This document shows, piece after piece, positions 8,757 through 16,901 of a DNA stretch of 17,145 bases (positions within the stretch are counted from its first letter, which is position 1; each line of letters opens with the position of its first letter). Both the position numbers and the translations under genes were made by a program. The notes beneath the pieces are model-generated. The model saw only the letters and a program-made list of their open reading frames with translations. It made no database searches and was not told the DNA's origin. Origin of the DNA: Fidelibacterota bacterium (lineage in GTDB: Bacteria; Fidelibacterota; Marinisomatia; Marinisomatales; JABMOV01); assembly GCA_046861395.1 (NCBI GenBank), contig JBHHUC010000045.1:1-17145 (forward strand), written 5' to 3'.

Positions 8757-8852
8757 TTAGCGATTCTTTTTCTTATGACGATTAGCACGCAGTCTTTTTT
8801 TCCGCTTATGCGTGCTGATCTTACGCCGTTTACGTTTTTTTCCGCAGGGCAT
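8757..8852 (-). CDS. Small basic ribosomal protein bS22-like (AURKAIP1/COX24 domain, mS38 homolog), 31 aa
   Basis: Not in ORF track. ATG CCC TGC GGA AAA ... AAT CGC TAA translates to MPCGKKRKRRKISTHKRKKRLRANRHKKKNR. GTGAGGA RBS just upstream. Matches the recalled Bacteroidota pattern MPSGKKRKRHKxxTHKRKKRLRxNRHKKK. Confidence 0.9.
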   Translation of the reverse strand: MPCGKKRKRRKISTHKRKKRLRANRHKKKNR

Positions 8853-8893
8853 ATTTCCTCACTTTTTGGTTCATGTTTCGGTAATTCAATACG

Positions 8894-9187
8894 TCATTTT
8901 TCTTCCAGCAGCGATTCGTTCACCGTGGTCCGCATATATTTGGACGGTTTAAATGTGGGAACGTATCGCTCCGGCAAATGGATAGCTTCACCGGTTCCGG
9001 GATTGCGGGCTTTTTTCGGCATGCGGTGTTTTACCCCGAAGGTGCCGAAACCCCGCAATTCCACCCGGTCATTACGGGCCAGGGATTCGGTAATCGTTTC
9101 CATGATGCCATTCATGATGGCTTCTGTCTCAACCTTAGTCAGGCCTACCAACTCTGACACCCGGTCGATAATATCCTGTTTGGTCAT
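8894..9187 (-). CDS. HU / integration host factor family DNA-binding protein
   Basis: MTKQDII..., VELRGFGTF, ARNPGTGE, PTFKPSK motifs. TAATG overlap with the sppA stop. Confidence 0.95.
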   Translation of the reverse strand: MTKQDIIDRVSELVGLTKVETEAIMNGIMETITESLARNDRVELRGFGTFGVKHRMPKKARNPGTGEAIHLPERYVPTFKPSKYMRTTVNESLLEEK

Positions 9188-10086
9188 TATTCCCTCCCGT
9201 ACCAGCGAAATGCCGGCATCCTGTTAAATATTGGCCACATAGCGGTTTCCCCTTCTTCCAGCACCCAATCCAGAATACTGGATTTCCGGTGGCGGGGTTT
9301 GGCCGTTTTCGGTGTTCCGCTGATTCCCCCGAACTGAGCTGCGATGGCAATGGCATCTTCCAGGGTTCCCAGTGTATCCACCAGTCCCAGTTCCACCGCC
9401 TGACGACCCGTAAACACACGACCATCGGCTAATGTCTTGACCTGCTCAGGGTCCAGTTTCCGCTGCTCTGCCACAGCGCTGATAAACTGTTGATGCATAT
9501 CCGTGATAATATCTTTGAAATAGGCCCTGTCGGCTTCGGTCACTTCCCGGGTGGGAGAGCCGGCATCCTTCAATGAACCGCTTTTCACCGTCTCAATTTT
9601 CACGCCGACCTTTCCCATCAAATCGGTCACGACAGGATAATCCATTATGACCCCGATACTGCCAGTAATGGAACCAGGATTGGCCACGATGCGTTGACTT
9701 CCGACAGCAGCATAATATCCGCCACTGGCGGCCACTGTTCCAATGGAAACCACTACCGGAATATGGGCATTTACCGCCTTTACTTTTTCAAATAATTCCT
9801 GTGACGGAGCCACAGCGCCACCGGGACTGTTAATCCGAAGCACGAAGGCCTTAATATCGTAGCGATCGCTCAGTTCTTTAAAATCGTCTAGGGTCGGTTC
9901 CGAACTGAAAATGGGGCCTTCCAGATGAATTAATCCTACCTTTGGTCCCAGGGATAAACCGTCGCTACTCCCAGCCCTGGAAAAAAGATTGGTCAACAAT
10001 ACCGCCAGCAGGATGACACCCACGGTTAGCCAGATACCCCGGTTCACGGTAATGGCTCGTGGATTGTTCAACTGGATTTGACCCAT
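9187..10086 (-). CDS. sppA: Signal peptide peptidase SppA (36K type, peptidase S49)
   Basis: N-terminal TM segment; LRINSPGG, AASGGYY, ITGSIGV, KSGSLKD, ADGRVFTGRQA..LGLVD motifs. True start may be TTG at 10071 (TTGA overlap with the upstream stop). Confidence 0.95.
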   Translation of the reverse strand: MGQIQLNNPRAITVNRGIWLTVGVILLAVLLTNLFSRAGSSDGLSLGPKVGLIHLEGPIFSSEPTLDDFKELSDRYDIKAFVLRINSPGGAVAPSQELFEKVKAVNAHIPVVVSIGTVAASGGYYAAVGSQRIVANPGSITGSIGVIMDYPVVTDLMGKVGVKIETVKSGSLKDAGSPTREVTEADRAYFKDIITDMHQQFISAVAEQRKLDPEQVKTLADGRVFTGRQAVELGLVDTLGTLEDAIAIAAQFGGISGTPKTAKPRHRKSSILDWVLEEGETAMWPIFNRMPAFRWYGRE

Positions 10087-11681
10087 AATATTAATTTTTG
10101 TCCCGGATAGATGTATTGGCCGTATTGTAATTTATTCCAGTCCCTGATTTTCTTGGCCCGGGTGCCGTAATCTTCGGCAATTTCCCCCAGGGTATCCCCT
10201 TTCTTCACCGTATAAACTACTTTATAGTGCCCGGGAGGCCCTCCATCGGAGTTCAGGGCTATTCCCCCCCGGACGGGGATTTTCAGTTTTTGTCCGATTT
10301 TGATTTTATGTCGGTTGCGAATCTTATTGACGGCTGCCAGATCGTGCACCGATACATGGTATTTTCGGGAAATGGTCCAGAGACTTTCCCCGCTGCGAAC
10401 CCGGTGCGTAATAAACGTAGGTGCAAACCGTTCGTTTTCTGGAATGGCGTTAAAATTTTCCAGAAAGGTGTCTTTCCGCCCCTTGGGTATTTTCAGGCTA
10501 TAGAAGGCATCGGCCGGTGTGGCCGACTGGCGCAATTCGGGATTGTATTCCTGTAGCGTTCGCAGCGAAATCCCGGCTGAGCGGGCCAGAACCGTCAGAT
10601 CGGCACTCTTTTCCAGGACAACTTCATCATAGGTGATGGGATCCTGTTGTGGACGGCGGAAACCGTATTTTTCTGGATCATTACCAATGATGGCCGCTGC
10701 CAGGAAATAGGGCACATAATTCCGCGTCTCTCGCGGCAGAGAATGCAATTGCCAAAAATCAGACGTTTGATGAAGACGAACGGCACGCTGTACCCGCGCA
10801 CTGCCGCTGTTATAGGCGGCCAGGGCCAGATACCAGTGATCGAATTCTTCAAATAAATCCTTCAGATATCCACAGGCGGCATGGGTGGATTTGACCGGAT
10901 CACGCCGCTCATCCACATACCAGGAGCGGTTGAGACCGTAGGCTTTTCCGGTGGAATAAACGAATTGCCATAAACCGGACGCATTGGCACGGGAATAAGC
11001 CTTGGGACTCAGGCCCGATTCAATCATGGCCAGATAGATTAATTCTTCTGGTAAATCATGTTCCCGCAGAATGGGATAGATCAGGTCAGAATATTTGGCG
11101 TAACGACTGAGCCAGATTTCAAACTGTTTCCGTCCCTTGGTCTGGAAAAATTTAATGTATTGCTCGACCTGCTTATTCATAACCAGAGGAATATGTCCGT
11201 CACGATCATCCACAACCGTATATTTTGAATTCCCCAATTCCACTTCCAGTGGTTCGGTATATTCTGTGACTTCCCGCCGCAACTGTTCTGCCGTGAAGGG
11301 GACTTCCGATTTCTGCATCGTATTGAGGCGATGGGTATATATTTCAATCAGCGTGGTTTCGAAACGGGAAAATTCTTCCAGATCATCTTCGGTCATTTCA
11401 CCAAATTGATCCGCTTCCGCCAGTAATTCAAAAATCCGATCCAGATTATAGATGACTTCCAGCGTATCGCCGTGTGTATCGGCAATGACGGCGTCGGTTA
11501 AATATACTTTTACATCCCGCAATAATTGGGGTAGTCGGTTGTCGGCAAAAGTGGAATCGGTCCCATTCAGATACACATGATCCTGACCGTGCTGGGGCGT
11601 AGCCTCGGCCGCACCGGCTCCGGCCCCCAGGATAACGGGACTGAGGGTGAGGAGTAGAATGCCTGTAAATAGTCGTAACAT
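10068..11681 (-). CDS. mltD: MltD-like lytic murein transglycosylase with LysM domains
   Basis: SLT motifs AMIESG, ASGLWQF, ALAAYNSG, ETRNYV; two clear C-terminal LysM repeats (HRVRSGESLWTIS, YTVKKGDTLGEIA) plus one degenerate repeat. Start moved to ATG 11681 (MLRLFTGILLLTL signal peptide) because the track's GTG at 11726 lies inside the predicted promoter. Confidence 0.92.
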   Translation of the reverse strand: MLRLFTGILLLTLSPVILGAGAGAAEATPQHGQDHVYLNGTDSTFADNRLPQLLRDVKVYLTDAVIADTHGDTLEVIYNLDRIFELLAEADQFGEMTEDDLEEFSRFETTLIEIYTHRLNTMQKSEVPFTAEQLRREVTEYTEPLEVELGNSKYTVVDDRDGHIPLVMNKQVEQYIKFFQTKGRKQFEIWLSRYAKYSDLIYPILREHDLPEELIYLAMIESGLSPKAYSRANASGLWQFVYSTGKAYGLNRSWYVDERRDPVKSTHAACGYLKDLFEEFDHWYLALAAYNSGSARVQRAVRLHQTSDFWQLHSLPRETRNYVPYFLAAAIIGNDPEKYGFRRPQQDPITYDEVVLEKSADLTVLARSAGISLRTLQEYNPELRQSATPADAFYSLKIPKGRKDTFLENFNAIPENERFAPTFITHRVRSGESLWTISRKYHVSVHDLAAVNKIRNRHKIKIGQKLKIPVRGGIALNSDGGPPGHYKVVYTVKKGDTLGEIAEDYGTRAKKIRDWNKLQYGQYIYPGQKLILWVKSS

Positions 11682-11710
11682 CTGATAGTTAAAGCCTTTT
11701 TTTAAGCGGG

Positions 11711-11742
11711 CGAACTTAGGTTTCACGCTTTGCGACAGTCAA
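11711..11742 (-). promoter_or_regulatory. Putative internal promoter for mltD and downstream genes
   Basis: TTGACT (11742-11737), 18 nt spacer, TAAGTTCG (11718-11711). Confidence 0.55.
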
Positions 11743-11778
11743 GACCTTTCCCGACGATAAAGGGGTCCGTGATATTCA

Positions 11779-12273
11779 TCAATCCGGTGGCAGGGTGTCC
11801 CGAATGCGTCGCAACAGGGCCGTCGTACTATAACCCGGAATCAATGGCAGCAGCACCAGTTTACCGCCCCAGGCGGCCAACGCCTCCGCCCCGGCCACCT
11901 CGTCGGGCCGGTAATCTTCCCCTTTTACCAGAATGTCCGGTTGCAGGGTCAGGATTAATTTCTGCGGCGTATCGTCGTTAAAAATCACGACCAAATCCAC
12001 CCAGCGAATACCGGCCAGGAGTTGAGCCCGGTCCTCCTGGCTCATGAGAGGCCGCCCCGGATCCTTTAGCCGGGAAACGGAGTGGTCACTGTTCAGCCCC
12101 ACGACCAGCCGGTCACCCAGAGCCCGGGACCGTTCCAGATTATCCATATGTCCCCGGTGCAATAAATCAAAGCATCCATTGGTAAATACAATCCGTCTTC
12201 CGGCCTGGCGCCAGCGGTCGCATTCGGCCTGGGCCTGGGTCAGAGATGTGAAAATGGGGGCTGCTTCAGGCAT
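11779..12273 (-). CDS. rfaE2: D-glycero-beta-D-manno-heptose 1-phosphate adenylyltransferase (stand-alone RfaE domain II)
   Basis: VFTNGCFDLLHRGH, LVVGLNSDHSVSRLKDPGRP, PDILVKGEDY, GYSTT motifs. 8-nt overlap with the upstream stop. Confidence 0.93.
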   Translation of the reverse strand: MPEAAPIFTSLTQAQAECDRWRQAGRRIVFTNGCFDLLHRGHMDNLERSRALGDRLVVGLNSDHSVSRLKDPGRPLMSQEDRAQLLAGIRWVDLVVIFNDDTPQKLILTLQPDILVKGEDYRPDEVAGAEALAAWGGKLVLLPLIPGYSTTALLRRIRDTLPPD

Positions 12274-13294
12274 GAGTGGTTAATAGGGCTAAACATCCCT
12301 GCAGGATGGGAAAGCGACATAAGTCCTGTCGGGAAATCGGAGGGGAAAAATTTCGTAAAACCCTGGCATAGGGTTGGGACAACTTCAAAGCCTGCCAGGA
12401 ATCGTATACTCGGCGGTATGAAGCCAACTTTCCCTCATTCAAGGCCAGGGCCGCCATCAGTGGAAGTAAAATATTGCCCGATACCTCCGTCGCCAGATCA
12501 GAGGGTAGGGTGGCACAGACCCAATGCCGCAATGCAGAAGCATCCGTTTGGTCGGGCTGTTCCTGAACGACCCGTGCTATAAATCGGGCCCAGCGTTCCA
12601 GTCGGAGCGGAGCTCGTGCGGCCGGACGAATGCCGGCCGAATGCCAGGTTAGGTTCAATTCACCGGCGATGTGGCTCAAGTGGATGGCCGGATCCTCATC
12701 ACTGTTTTGGAATAAGGATGGCAGATCGCTGTGATCCAGAATCTGCTGAAAACCGGCGGCATTCCCTTTCGTAGCAAACAACGGAATACTGCGCCGGATG
12801 ATCCAGTCCGGTATCTTGTTCCCGGAAAGCCTGCGGGCGGCGGCCACACTATCCTGCCACCGGCGGTGACCGGCCGCGAATATCTCTGGTAAAGTCTGCG
12901 GCAATGTAGAGGGCGCTTTCTTAAAAGTATACGGTGGAATAATGACATGAGGCAGGTCTGGAATGTCAACCGGGAGCGGTGTCTGCACGACGTGTAGGAT
13001 AACCGTATCGTAGGCCCGGTTCCGATGATGGCCGTGCTGAAACCAGGCATCGGCGGCTACATGACATTCCACCGGTCCGGTCAGAACCTGCCCCCGATAA
13101 TAAATTGTTGCCTCGAGAATATCAGGTCCATCATAATGATTGCGCCGGCCGGGAACAACGATCAGGATTGTATTTCCATCCGTATCCTGAAGCCGGGTTC
13201 CGGGATGAAACTGCAACCAGGTCCGGACCAGTAGGGCTTCCCCACCGTCCTGTATACCGAACGCTGTCGGTGCAGTGGGTAGAGAATACATCAT
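12266..13294 (-). CDS. DUF2851 family protein (function unknown)
   Basis: N-terminal EALL...W, PGRRN...GPDI..A.I, G.VECH...W..HGH.....Y..VILHVV pattern recalled for DUF2851; RPAA...LRL in the C-terminal half. Confidence 0.8.
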   Translation of the reverse strand: MMYSLPTAPTAFGIQDGGEALLVRTWLQFHPGTRLQDTDGNTILIVVPGRRNHYDGPDILEATIYYRGQVLTGPVECHVAADAWFQHGHHRNRAYDTVILHVVQTPLPVDIPDLPHVIIPPYTFKKAPSTLPQTLPEIFAAGHRRWQDSVAAARRLSGNKIPDWIIRRSIPLFATKGNAAGFQQILDHSDLPSLFQNSDEDPAIHLSHIAGELNLTWHSAGIRPAARAPLRLERWARFIARVVQEQPDQTDASALRHWVCATLPSDLATEVSGNILLPLMAALALNEGKLASYRRVYDSWQALKLSQPYARVLRNFSPPISRQDLCRFPILQGCLALLTTHA

Positions 13295-14010
13295 CGTTTT
13301 TCTGCCGCCCAGGCTTCCTTCAGGGCCATAACATCTTCCCGCACCTGGCGGACAAAGGAATTACGGTCATCGATGGTCAATCCAACGGTGGGAATCGGAC
13401 GGCCCACCCGTAATTCAATCAATCGCGGTGTAATGGACCAGGATCCCTTGACCACCACATCATAGGTACCGCACAGGGCAATGGGAACCACGGGAATCCC
13501 GGTTTCAATGGCCAGTAACAAGCCGCCCTTTTTGAAGGCCTGTATTTTCCCGTCCAGCGAGCGGGTCCCTTCCGGGAAGAGAAGAATCGACCGGGGATTG
13601 TCTGCCAAGGATTCACGGGCCGCTGCCAGCGATGCCAGTGCTTTGTCATGGTTCTTGCGATCAATAAAAATATGTTTCCCGGCCCGCATGGCCCAGCCGA
13701 AAACGGGAATTTTACGCAATTCTACCTTGGCAATGGCCACCATCTGATAAGGCAGGCAGGCAAAGGCCAGGGGAATGTCAAAAGCCGATTCATGATTACC
13801 GGCAAAAATATAAGGACCTTTTCCGTCCAGATTCTCCAGGCCTACCACCCGGTATGGCACGCCGGAAGTCCAGAGAATGATACGAGACCAGGTCCGGGCC
13901 ACCCAGCCCATGAAACGACCCTGGTGTTCCACCAAGGAAACCAACAACCCCATCGTCCCCAGCACGAGGGTCCAGAACGCCACATTGAAAAGTACCCAGA
14001 CCAGGCGCAT
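13291..14010 (-). CDS. plsC: 1-acyl-sn-glycerol-3-phosphate acyltransferase
   Basis: NHESAFD (HX4D), AKVEL, FIDR, FPEGTRS, FKKG motifs. Start at ATG 14010 (TGATG overlap with serS stop); TTG at 14013 is an alternative. Confidence 0.92.
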   Translation of the reverse strand: MRLVWVLFNVAFWTLVLGTMGLLVSLVEHQGRFMGWVARTWSRIILWTSGVPYRVVGLENLDGKGPYIFAGNHESAFDIPLAFACLPYQMVAIAKVELRKIPVFGWAMRAGKHIFIDRKNHDKALASLAAARESLADNPRSILLFPEGTRSLDGKIQAFKKGGLLLAIETGIPVVPIALCGTYDVVVKGSWSITPRLIELRVGRPIPTVGLTIDDRNSFVRQVREDVMALKEAWAAEKR

Positions 14011-15278
14011 CAACCAATCACATCCTGGCCGAAATAGGAACTGAGGGGTTCGGGTAGCCGAACCGATCCGTCGGCCTGTTGATACGTTTCCAATAAGGCC
14101 ACCATGAGACGCGGCGTGGCTAGACCGGAGCCGTTCAGCGTATGCACAAAATCCACTTTCCGGGTCGTTTCGGATCGGAACCGGATATTACCGCGACGGG
14201 CCTGAAAGGATTCAAAATTGCTGCAGGATGAAACTTCCAGCCACTGCCCTTCCCCCGGCGCCCAGACTTCCAAGTCATAGCATTTGGCGGCGGAAAAGCT
14301 CAGATCTCCCGTTGCCAACGCCAGGACACGATAGGTCAACCCCAGGGACTGGAGTACAGCTTCGGCCTGGGCCGTTAACGTTTCAAGCTCGTCATAGGAA
14401 GTATCGGGATGAACAAATTTGACCAGTTCCACTTTATTGAACTGATGCAGGCGCAGTAGTCCCCGCGTATCCTTGCCATAACTCCCTGCCTCGCGTCGGA
14501 AACAAGCGGAATAGGCCGCATAACAGCGGGGTAAGTCTGATTCTAACAGTATTTCATCCTGGTGAATATTGGTCACCGGAACTTCCGCCGTGGGAATCAG
14601 CCAGTCATCATCGGCCTCAATATGATACATGTCATCGGCAAATTTCGGCAGCTGTCCCGTCGTCTGCATGGCCGCATAGCGGGTGATAAAGGGCGGAAAA
14701 ATTTCCTGAAACCCATACCGTTCGGTGTGAAAATCCAGCATATAATTCAAGAGAGACCGTTCCAGCCGCGCGCCTGGTCCCGTATACAGGGGAAACCCTG
14801 AACCGGAAATTTTTGCGCCTCGTTTAAAATCAATCAGCCCCAGAGAATCACATAATTCGGTATGATTTTTCACTGGAAAAGAAAAGGTCGGTTTTTCCTG
14901 CCAGGATCGTACGATGACATTATCCGCCTCCGACTGACCAACTGGGACCGAATCATGGGGAAGGTTGGGCAAGGCCAGTAATGCTGTATCTAATTCTTGC
15001 TTAACACGAGTCGCTTCGGCTTCCGTTTGTTTTAATTTTTCTCCCAACTTTCGTGTTGCGGCCATGGCTTCACTGGCATCTTCCCCCATCCGCTTGGCTT
15101 CGCCAATGGCCCGGGATGCCCGGTTCCGTTCCGTCCGCAGATCATTGATGGCAGTGAGCAGTCTCCGGTGTTCCTGATCCAGTTGTAGCACGGTATCCAC
15201 CTTGTCCGGTTCCCCCTTGGTCCGGATCCCCGCCTTGACGCGGTCTGGATCCATCCGTATCGTTTGTAATGCAATCAC
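14010..15278 (-). CDS. serS: Serine--tRNA ligase
   Basis: N-terminal coiled coil; TGQLPKF, LIPTAEVP, CFRREAGSYGKDTRGLLRLHQFNKVE, EVSSCSN, HTLNGSGLA motifs. GTG start with GAGGA RBS. Confidence 0.98.
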   Translation of the reverse strand: MIALQTIRMDPDRVKAGIRTKGEPDKVDTVLQLDQEHRRLLTAINDLRTERNRASRAIGEAKRMGEDASEAMAATRKLGEKLKQTEAEATRVKQELDTALLALPNLPHDSVPVGQSEADNVIVRSWQEKPTFSFPVKNHTELCDSLGLIDFKRGAKISGSGFPLYTGPGARLERSLLNYMLDFHTERYGFQEIFPPFITRYAAMQTTGQLPKFADDMYHIEADDDWLIPTAEVPVTNIHQDEILLESDLPRCYAAYSACFRREAGSYGKDTRGLLRLHQFNKVELVKFVHPDTSYDELETLTAQAEAVLQSLGLTYRVLALATGDLSFSAAKCYDLEVWAPGEGQWLEVSSCSNFESFQARRGNIRFRSETTRKVDFVHTLNGSGLATPRLMVALLETYQQADGSVRLPEPLSSYFGQDVIG

Positions 15279-15302
15279 AAATTTTCCTCGAAAATAGTAG
15301 GC

Positions 15303-15333
15303 AGAAAATAGGTTACATTTTTTACGACTTCAA
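15303..15333 (-). promoter_or_regulatory. Putative serS promoter
   Basis: TTGAAG (15333-15328), 17 nt spacer, TATTTTCT (15310-15303). Confidence 0.45.
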
Positions 15334-15361
15334 AGGATACAAACCCCCGAAACCTCGTGCT

Positions 15362-16750
15362 TTATCGGCCCTGCCCCGATACCATGACCCAGAAGGTACT
15401 GAAGATTATTTTTACATCCAGCCCAAAGCTGATATTTTCAATATAATAAAAATCATATTTTAATTTCTGTCGTACATCCTCAATATCCTGATCGTAGGGA
15501 TGCTTGATCTGGGCCCAGCCGGAAATCCCCGGCTTGACATTCAGCCGGCGATGGTAAAATGGAAATGTTTTCATAAGCTGATCAACGAAATAGGGGCGTT
15601 CAGGCCGTGGGCCAACAATGCTCATATCCCCTTTCAATACATTGAAGATTTGCGGGATTTCATCCAGGCGGAAGCGACGTAACCAGCGCCCGAGGGGCGT
15701 GATTCGATGATCATTTTCATGGGCCCAGACAGGGCCCGTTTCCGACTCGGCATCCTGACGCATGGAACGGAATTTATTTATGGTAAAAGGCTTACCGTGG
15801 AGTCCCAGGCGTTCCTGCCGGTACAGCACCGGACCCGGTGAATCCAGTCTGATCAGAATGGCAATAAGTCCCATCACGGGTAGCAACACGATAAAGAGGG
15901 GAATTCCGATTGCCAAATCCAACAAACGTTTTAAGAAACGCACATAAATGGTATGCAGGTTTAAATCCAGATCCATCATGGGCAAACCGGCAATCTGCTG
16001 AGTCCGGGCCAGCCCCGTAATGACTTCATAAAGATCCGGTAACACCTTGATGGACACGGGCGCCCCGTTTATCCGTGCCACGGCCGTCATGATGCGGGTA
16101 TGCTCCGGCTGGGACAAAGCCAAAACCACATCGGAAATCTGGTGCTTCATGATGATTTCCTGGATATCATCCTCTTCCCCCAGGAGCGGAAAGGACCCGT
16201 TATCGTACGGTTCATCATCTTCGGCCCGAACAAATCCGATCACATCATATCCCTGCTGGTCGTGCTGACGCAAGGCATGAGCTGCCCGGTGTCCCCGTTC
16301 ATTATAGCCGACGATCAGGGTTCGATCCCGTCCGATTCCATTCCGCAATAAATATTTTTGGTACCCGCGAATCGTGAGCCGGATGGGGATGCCGGCCATC
16401 ATGAATAACAACCAGTATTTAAAAATTTCCCGCGGCGTCACAGGCAAGACAACAAATTCCAGGGCTTCCAGAAAAATAATGCTAACCATAATAATGAATG
16501 TCAGCTGCAAGTATAACTTTATTTCATGGATCCGACTGACACGGAATTCCCCCTGATAAAGATTGGACAGGAAAAAAATGACGGACCACAGAAACTGGAT
16601 CGCAACGAACAGCAGAACAGGATGGTCGGTCCTGGGGGATAGGATAAAATAAAAGGCCCCAAATCCGGCGACGACATCACCGGCCAGAATGAACCAGGAA
16701 AAGGCCCAGACGGGGAAACGGATTTTTAGGAGATGGACGATTCGTGACAT
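15362..16750 (-). CDS. Polyprenyl-phosphate sugar phosphotransferase (WcaJ/WbaP-like initiating transferase of surface polysaccharide synthesis)
   Basis: Four N-terminal TM segments, Rossmann-like domain (RTLIVG), C-terminal KRLLDL, KFRSM, RLDEIPQ..NVLKGDMSIVGPRPERP, KPGISGWAQ, D.YYIEN motifs. Confidence 0.94.
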   Translation of the reverse strand: MSRIVHLLKIRFPVWAFSWFILAGDVVAGFGAFYFILSPRTDHPVLLFVAIQFLWSVIFFLSNLYQGEFRVSRIHEIKLYLQLTFIIMVSIIFLEALEFVVLPVTPREIFKYWLLFMMAGIPIRLTIRGYQKYLLRNGIGRDRTLIVGYNERGHRAAHALRQHDQQGYDVIGFVRAEDDEPYDNGSFPLLGEEDDIQEIIMKHQISDVVLALSQPEHTRIMTAVARINGAPVSIKVLPDLYEVITGLARTQQIAGLPMMDLDLNLHTIYVRFLKRLLDLAIGIPLFIVLLPVMGLIAILIRLDSPGPVLYRQERLGLHGKPFTINKFRSMRQDAESETGPVWAHENDHRITPLGRWLRRFRLDEIPQIFNVLKGDMSIVGPRPERPYFVDQLMKTFPFYHRRLNVKPGISGWAQIKHPYDQDIEDVRQKLKYDFYYIENISFGLDVKIIFSTFWVMVSGQGR

Positions 16751-16797
16751 GATGGCAAAGTATACAGGTGTATGATGGCGTTACTCTGTGTGCCGGG

Positions 16798-16833
16798 TCA
16801 CGAACGGGGGGAAACGTTAATCAGTTGTGTCAT
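16798..16833 (-). CDS. Candidate 11-aa upstream micro-ORF MTQLINVSPRS
   Basis: AAGGAG (16845-16840), 6 nt, ATG ACA CAA CTG ATT AAC GTT TCC CCC CGT TCG TGA. Translation unproven. Confidence 0.35.
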   Translation of the reverse strand: MTQLINVSPRS

Positions 16834-16874
16834 GAATCACTCCTTGTTGAGATAATTGCGAACTGTTAACGTTT
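16812..16874 (-). other. Long imperfect RNA hairpin enclosing the Shine-Dalgarno and AUG of the micro-ORF
   Basis: Minus strand AAACGTTAACAGTT (16874-16861) pairs with AACTG(A)TTAACGTTT (16826-16812): 14 bp with one bulge. Inner stem AATTA(T)CTC / GAGTGATT pairs part of the SD. Confidence 0.6.
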
Positions 16875-16901
16875 TTTTCGATAGGACTCCTATTTGATGG
16901 A

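Noticed and set aside
8795..8845. Direct repeat TTTTTTTCCGC as a repeat element or terminator
   Set aside because: Explained by Lys/Arg/Gly codons of the bS22-like ORF on the minus strand.
8775..9227. 150-aa plus-strand ORF, and other antisense ORFs such as 3235-3897, 44-376 and 13648-14037
   Set aside because: They are shadows of well-supported minus-strand genes (HU/bS22, nuoA/B, nuoI, plsC), with no recognisable motifs.
11682..11726. ORF-track N-terminal extensions of mltD (GTG 11726), and likewise nuoB (3593) and xseA (7918)
   Set aside because: They overlap a predicted promoter or the upstream gene. Downstream ATGs give a clean signal peptide or typical stop/start coupling.
11743..11767. 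Hairpin GACC(CC)TTT...AAAGGTC after rfaE2 as an intrinsic terminator
   Set aside because: Bulged, weak stem with no U-tract on the coding strand; it abuts the predicted -35 box.
15279..15361. T-box or other riboswitch upstream of serS
   Set aside because: The intergenic region is only 83 nt, with no T-box consensus and no terminator/antiterminator.
16806..16811. C6 tract in the micro-ORF as a phase-variable switch fusing it to the sugar transferase
   Set aside because: Adding one C gives the transferase frame but hits TAA (GAG TAA) before the ATG at 16750; removing one C gives a different frame. A 6-nt tract is also short for phase variation.
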